Source of the DNA: a virus
Virus record (IMG/VR): IMGVR_UViG_3300035145_002457
Location: 1-64,000 of that record
DNA: 64,000 bases
Direction: 5' to 3' (one strand)
Shown: positions 60,792 through 64,000 of the stretch, in pieces
How the letters are laid out: each line of letters starts with the position of its first letter
Numbering within the stretch: position 1 is the first letter of the stretch
Notes under the pieces: model-generated
Databases searched by the model: none
The model's input: the letters and a program-made list of their open reading frames with translations, nothing else
Told to the model about the DNA's origin: nothing
Program-made: the position numbers and the translations under genes

Positions 60792-61915
60792 TAACTACAA
60801 ACTTCTTTAAAATTTTGATTCCTTGACTTATCCCAGAATTCTGTATGTGACCAAAATTTATCTAGTAAGTGTGTTTTGTCTTCGCCGTCCATATAAGTTG
60901 TGATATAATTACACAGATTTTTAATCTTTTCATTTGTATAGTTATAATTTGCATATTTGTCTCTAATAATTTGTTTTTGTTTTTCTGGTAGGACAGTCAC
61001 ACTCAAATATAATGGATAGGTTAGATGTGTAGGATTAATTATAATGCCTCTTTTGTCTAACCATTCTAATGTTTCTGGCAAGTGATAAGCGTTGTAAATA
61101 GTTACTGTTGGTCTTGCAATAACAGTCATTCCTATTTCTTCACTTACTTCAACATATTTTTCAATGTTCTTAAGAGCTTCTTCGTGTTTTGTTAAGTGCC
61201 GTTGATATTCGTTTTCTTTGCCTACAATGCTATCAAGGCTGACAGCAAGTTCAACGTGATCAAACTGTTTCCAAGTTTCTACAATTTTTTTCTTAGGCCA
61301 TACTGTACAATTTGTACTGTAATTTAACCTTATATTTTTTGCATAACCTTTCTCAACAGCATGTTCTAATAGCGTCCAATGATCTTTGATTATTAAAGGT
61401 TCGCCACCTGTAAATTTAATATACTTCATATCTTTAAGATGCGGATATATGCTATCTAAATTTGCATGGGTATGTCTAGTTTTAGCAAAGGTTTTGCCGT
61501 GATATTCTTGTTCTTCGTCGAATAGTTTATGACTATATCTACTATCGCACATTCTGCACATTAGATTACAATCGTTACTTAGACTTAGTTCTAGGTATTC
61601 TAATTTGTAATCTTTAGTGTTAACAGTATGAGTGCCTACCTTAGGGTGTTCATTTAATCTCATACGTAGGCTTTTTTTGTTGTTATCTTCTTCTTCATAA
61701 CAACGTCTACAACCTTCTAACCGTTCTCCTGCAAGTATGCGTTTACGAAGATCGTTTTGAAAATCGCTGTTAAAAATATTTTGAATAGTGTCGTTATCAA
61801 GAGTGTGTTCTTTAGGTCTGTGATCTTCTAAAAACCTACAACAAGGCTTAACACGCCCTGTACCATCTACCATTTGATGATTCCATAACACTGAACAGAA
61901 AGTTTTGCTGACCAT
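60779..61915 (-). CDS. radical SAM protein, N-terminal twitch type (class A), inverted orientation
   Basis: FCSVLW...KPCC...CRRC; CNLMCRMC; FTGGEP. Confidence 0.9.
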   Translation of the reverse strand: MVSKTFCSVLWNHQMVDGTGRVKPCCRFLEDHRPKEHTLDNDTIQNIFNSDFQNDLRKRILAGERLEGCRRCYEEEDNNKKSLRMRLNEHPKVGTHTVNTKDYKLEYLELSLSNDCNLMCRMCDSRYSHKLFDEEQEYHGKTFAKTRHTHANLDSIYPHLKDMKYIKFTGGEPLIIKDHWTLLEHAVEKGYAKNIRLNYSTNCTVWPKKKIVETWKQFDHVELAVSLDSIVGKENEYQRHLTKHEEALKNIEKYVEVSEEIGMTVIARPTVTIYNAYHLPETLEWLDKRGIIINPTHLTYPLYLSVTVLPEKQKQIIRDKYANYNYTNEKIKNLCNYITTYMDGEDKTHLLDKFWSHTEFWDKSRNQNFKEVCSYYDF

Positions 61916-61928
61916 AAATATATTTATA
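61914..61928. promoter_or_regulatory. palindromic late promoter element (TATAAATA on minus, TAAATA on plus)
   Basis: ATAAATATATTTAT (61914-61927) is a perfect palindrome; minus-strand TATAAATA (61928-61921) lies 5 nt before the ATG at 61915. Confidence 0.6.
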
Positions 61929-61945
61929 TACGTGGTTTATTTGTC

Positions 61946-61974
61946 TTGCAAAACTGGTGTTAAGGTGCTATAAT
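61946..61974 (+). promoter_or_regulatory. sigma70-type extended -10 promoter, probably leaderless
   Basis: TTGCAA (61946-61951), 17-nt spacer, TG-n-TATAAT (61966-61974); ATG 5 nt later with no SD. Confidence 0.75.
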
Positions 61975-61979
61975 ATATT

Positions 61980-63101
61980 ATGAATGAAGACTTAAAATGG
62001 AGCAATTATGACTTCTCTAAGATCCCTTTTGATGACATTGTCAGTGTGGGTCAACGGACTTTGCTTTATCGTGATATTTTTACTGTATCATGGCTACTTG
62101 GAAGGTTCTGTAACTACAGATGCTCCTACTGCTGGCCTTATGCCAGAAGCGATCGTAAAGACCACCGTCCTACCGAGCTCTGCTTGCTTACAGTGGATGA
62201 AATCAAACGTCAAGCTAGACTCAACGGTTTCAATTCTTTCCACTTCTCCTTGTCAGGAGGAGAACCTACTTTCCATCCTGGATACTTGGACATACTAAAG
62301 CATCTAGCAGATGATGTAGCAAATACAAATTATACTAGTATACACATGACTAGTAATTGTAGTCGTCCTATGAAATGGTTTAAAACGTATGTTGAATATG
62401 CAAAGCCCTTTCATAGAGCAAGTATAACAGCAAGTCTGCACACAGAACATGTAAATACAAAGGAGAAGATGCAGGATTTTGCAGACAAACTAATCTTGTG
62501 TCAAGAGCATGATGTACAAATTACAATCAATCAAGTTATGGTTCCAGAATGGTTTGAAAGAGATTGGGAAAACGCTTTATTCTTTCACGAGCAAGGAATC
62601 AATGTCACACTCAAGCCTCAATCGGATCCGACTGCGTCAAGGGTGGTTGATGGATACACTGGGGATCAACTTAAAAAACTTTACAACGGCATGCCACAAA
62701 GAGCATACACAGAAAGCAAACGTAAATGGCAAGAAAGACCTAAACCGTCATTCGAAGTACCTAAAGGAATAATGGGTAAAAATGATGCAAGTGTGCCTTG
62801 GCACATGCAAGTAGAATTAAAAGACTCTAAAGGTAAAAAGTGGTATATGGACCAAGCAGAACGCTTTAATGCCTTTAATTTCAACAATTTTGAAGGATGG
62901 CGGTGTAACGCCGGTTTTAGCGGAATAATAATACGGGAGCCTGACGGTTCGGTAAAAAGGAGTTATTCTTGCCATGATGCACCCCTTGGTAACATAGAAA
63001 CAGGTTTTAACCTATTTAAAGAGCCAAAAAAATGTATTACAAAAAGTTGCGTAAGTAGTGCTGATAGTAAAATACCTAAAGTAAAAAATGGAAACATATA
63101 G
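61980..63101 (+). CDS. radical SAM protein (class C)
   Basis: CNYRCSYC, LSGGEPT; GWRCNAG...SC...GNI...CITKSCVSSAD. Confidence 0.9.
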   Translation: MNEDLKWSNYDFSKIPFDDIVSVGQRTLLYRDIFTVSWLLGRFCNYRCSYCWPYARSDRKDHRPTELCLLTVDEIKRQARLNGFNSFHFSLSGGEPTFHPGYLDILKHLADDVANTNYTSIHMTSNCSRPMKWFKTYVEYAKPFHRASITASLHTEHVNTKEKMQDFADKLILCQEHDVQITINQVMVPEWFERDWENALFFHEQGINVTLKPQSDPTASRVVDGYTGDQLKKLYNGMPQRAYTESKRKWQERPKPSFEVPKGIMGKNDASVPWHMQVELKDSKGKKWYMDQAERFNAFNFNNFEGWRCNAGFSGIIIREPDGSVKRSYSCHDAPLGNIETGFNLFKEPKKCITKSCVSSADSKIPKVKNGNI

Positions 63102-63906
63102 TATATTAAGTTATAATCGTACTGGTAGTACAGTAGTAGGACAATGCCTGGCAGGTCATTTTGGCCAAGAATATCAAGCAGAAATTACAAATATTCCTAG
63201 TGTATTAATGCGTTATGATGACAACGGAAATGATATAAATGTCCCTTTTAAAAAACCATTACCTGAAGGTACCTATGTAAAAACATATGAGATACAAGAA
63301 GGATATGTTAAAAGATATTTAGAATTTGACAATCCGGAACCATTTATATTTGGTACATCACGTTTTACAAAAGAAGTAGAAAAAAGAAAAAAATTATTAA
63401 AATATAATTGTAAAAGCAAAAACAAAAGTATTTTTAAAATTCAACCGCAAAGTTTTATGGAAAATTTTAATGAACCTAAAATACTTGATGGATATAGATT
63501 CATTTTTTGTGCTAGACGTGATATTAGAGAACAAATATTAAGTTACCTAGTAGCAATGGAAACAAGATTATTTCATATTGGCTATAATGATCAAATTATA
63601 CATCTTGATAAAATAACAATAAAACGTAAATATTTTGATTTTTGTTTAGAAGGATTAAAACTTACCAACAAATTATTTGAATATTACAAATCAACTAACC
63701 AAATTGGTAAAATTATATTTTATGAAGACTGGCAAGATGATGTATCTAAAGTGCTTCCATTATTAGGATTCAAACATACCCCAACAAAAACCTTTAAAAA
63801 GATAAAATATAGTGTAGGTTCTAAACATAATCTTGTAAATAATTTAGAACAAGTATACAAATGGATGGATAATGCAGAAGAATTTAATTACACCTATAGA
63901 CTTTAA
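63088..63906 (+). CDS. PAPS-dependent sulfotransferase-like protein (Stf0-like)
   Basis: N-terminal SYNRTGST 5'-PSB-like loop, RRDIREQILS 3'-PB-like motif, IFYED. Confidence 0.6.
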   Translation: METYSILSYNRTGSTVVGQCLAGHFGQEYQAEITNIPSVLMRYDDNGNDINVPFKKPLPEGTYVKTYEIQEGYVKRYLEFDNPEPFIFGTSRFTKEVEKRKKLLKYNCKSKNKSIFKIQPQSFMENFNEPKILDGYRFIFCARRDIREQILSYLVAMETRLFHIGYNDQIIHLDKITIKRKYFDFCLEGLKLTNKLFEYYKSTNQIGKIIFYEDWQDDVSKVLPLLGFKHTPTKTFKKIKYSVGSKHNLVNNLEQVYKWMDNAEEFNYTYRL

Positions 63907-64000
63907 AGTTGACATAGAACGATTGAAATATGATAGTGCAAAGGCTATCGAAACATTTCCGTTTAACAATCATAACCAAATTTGCTTTGTTAATACTTCG
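63872..64000 (+). CDS. partial ORF running off the window end
   Basis: Open frame MQKNLITPIDFKVDIERLKYD...NQICFVNTS overlapping the previous stop. Confidence 0.5.
   Translation, partial: MQKNLITPIDFKVDIERLKYDSAKAIETFPFNNHNQICFVNTS

Noticed and set aside
62008-62298. 96-aa alternate-frame ORF inside the 61980 radical SAM gene
   Set aside because: Lies in a locally GC-richer stretch where stops are rarer; no RBS or motif.
40751-63101. Assigning the radical SAM genes to MoaA, QueE, NrdG, NirJ/Ahb or anaerobic sulfatase maturase
   Set aside because: No partner genes (moaC, queC/D, nrdD, sulfatase) in the window and no diagnostic motifs; a link to hemC is unsupported beyond sharing a genome.
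1-64000. Stop-codon reassignment, tRNAs, CRISPR arrays, introns or inteins
   Set aside because: Genes tile densely under the standard bacterial code with intact ORFs; no cloverleaf, spaced direct repeats or splice motifs were seen by eye.
37296-64000. Island being host chromosomal DNA flanking a prophage
   Set aside because: No integrase, att site or housekeeping genes; phage late-type boxes and the same promoter style occur within the island.

Overview
AT-rich fragment of a large T4-like (jumbo-type) myovirus genome, probably aquatic (inference). Bases 1-5000 (- strand) carry a partial GIY-YIG-like nuclease, a C-terminally shortened hemC, gp46/gp47 recombination nuclease and a gp55-like late sigma factor. 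Bases 5038-37238 (+ strand) are a baseplate/tail module: tube initiator-, gp53-, hub-, gp5-, gp25- and gp6-like genes, a 4978-aa virion protein and three paralogous fibre proteins, with TAAATA late-promoter boxes. Bases 37240-64000 form a tightly coupled island of about 27 kb behind a near-consensus sigma70 promoter. It encodes 14 radical SAM enzymes in three subfamilies, four or five glycosyltransferases, a methyltransferase, an SGNH-like protein, a nitroreductase, two 2OG-Fe(II)-like oxygenases, an SDR and a sulfotransferase. This island is the main candidate novel system, most plausibly a radical-SAM-rich glycan or protein modification pathway. All calls come from motif reading by eye; no database searches were run. 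No tRNA, rRNA or CRISPR array was seen.
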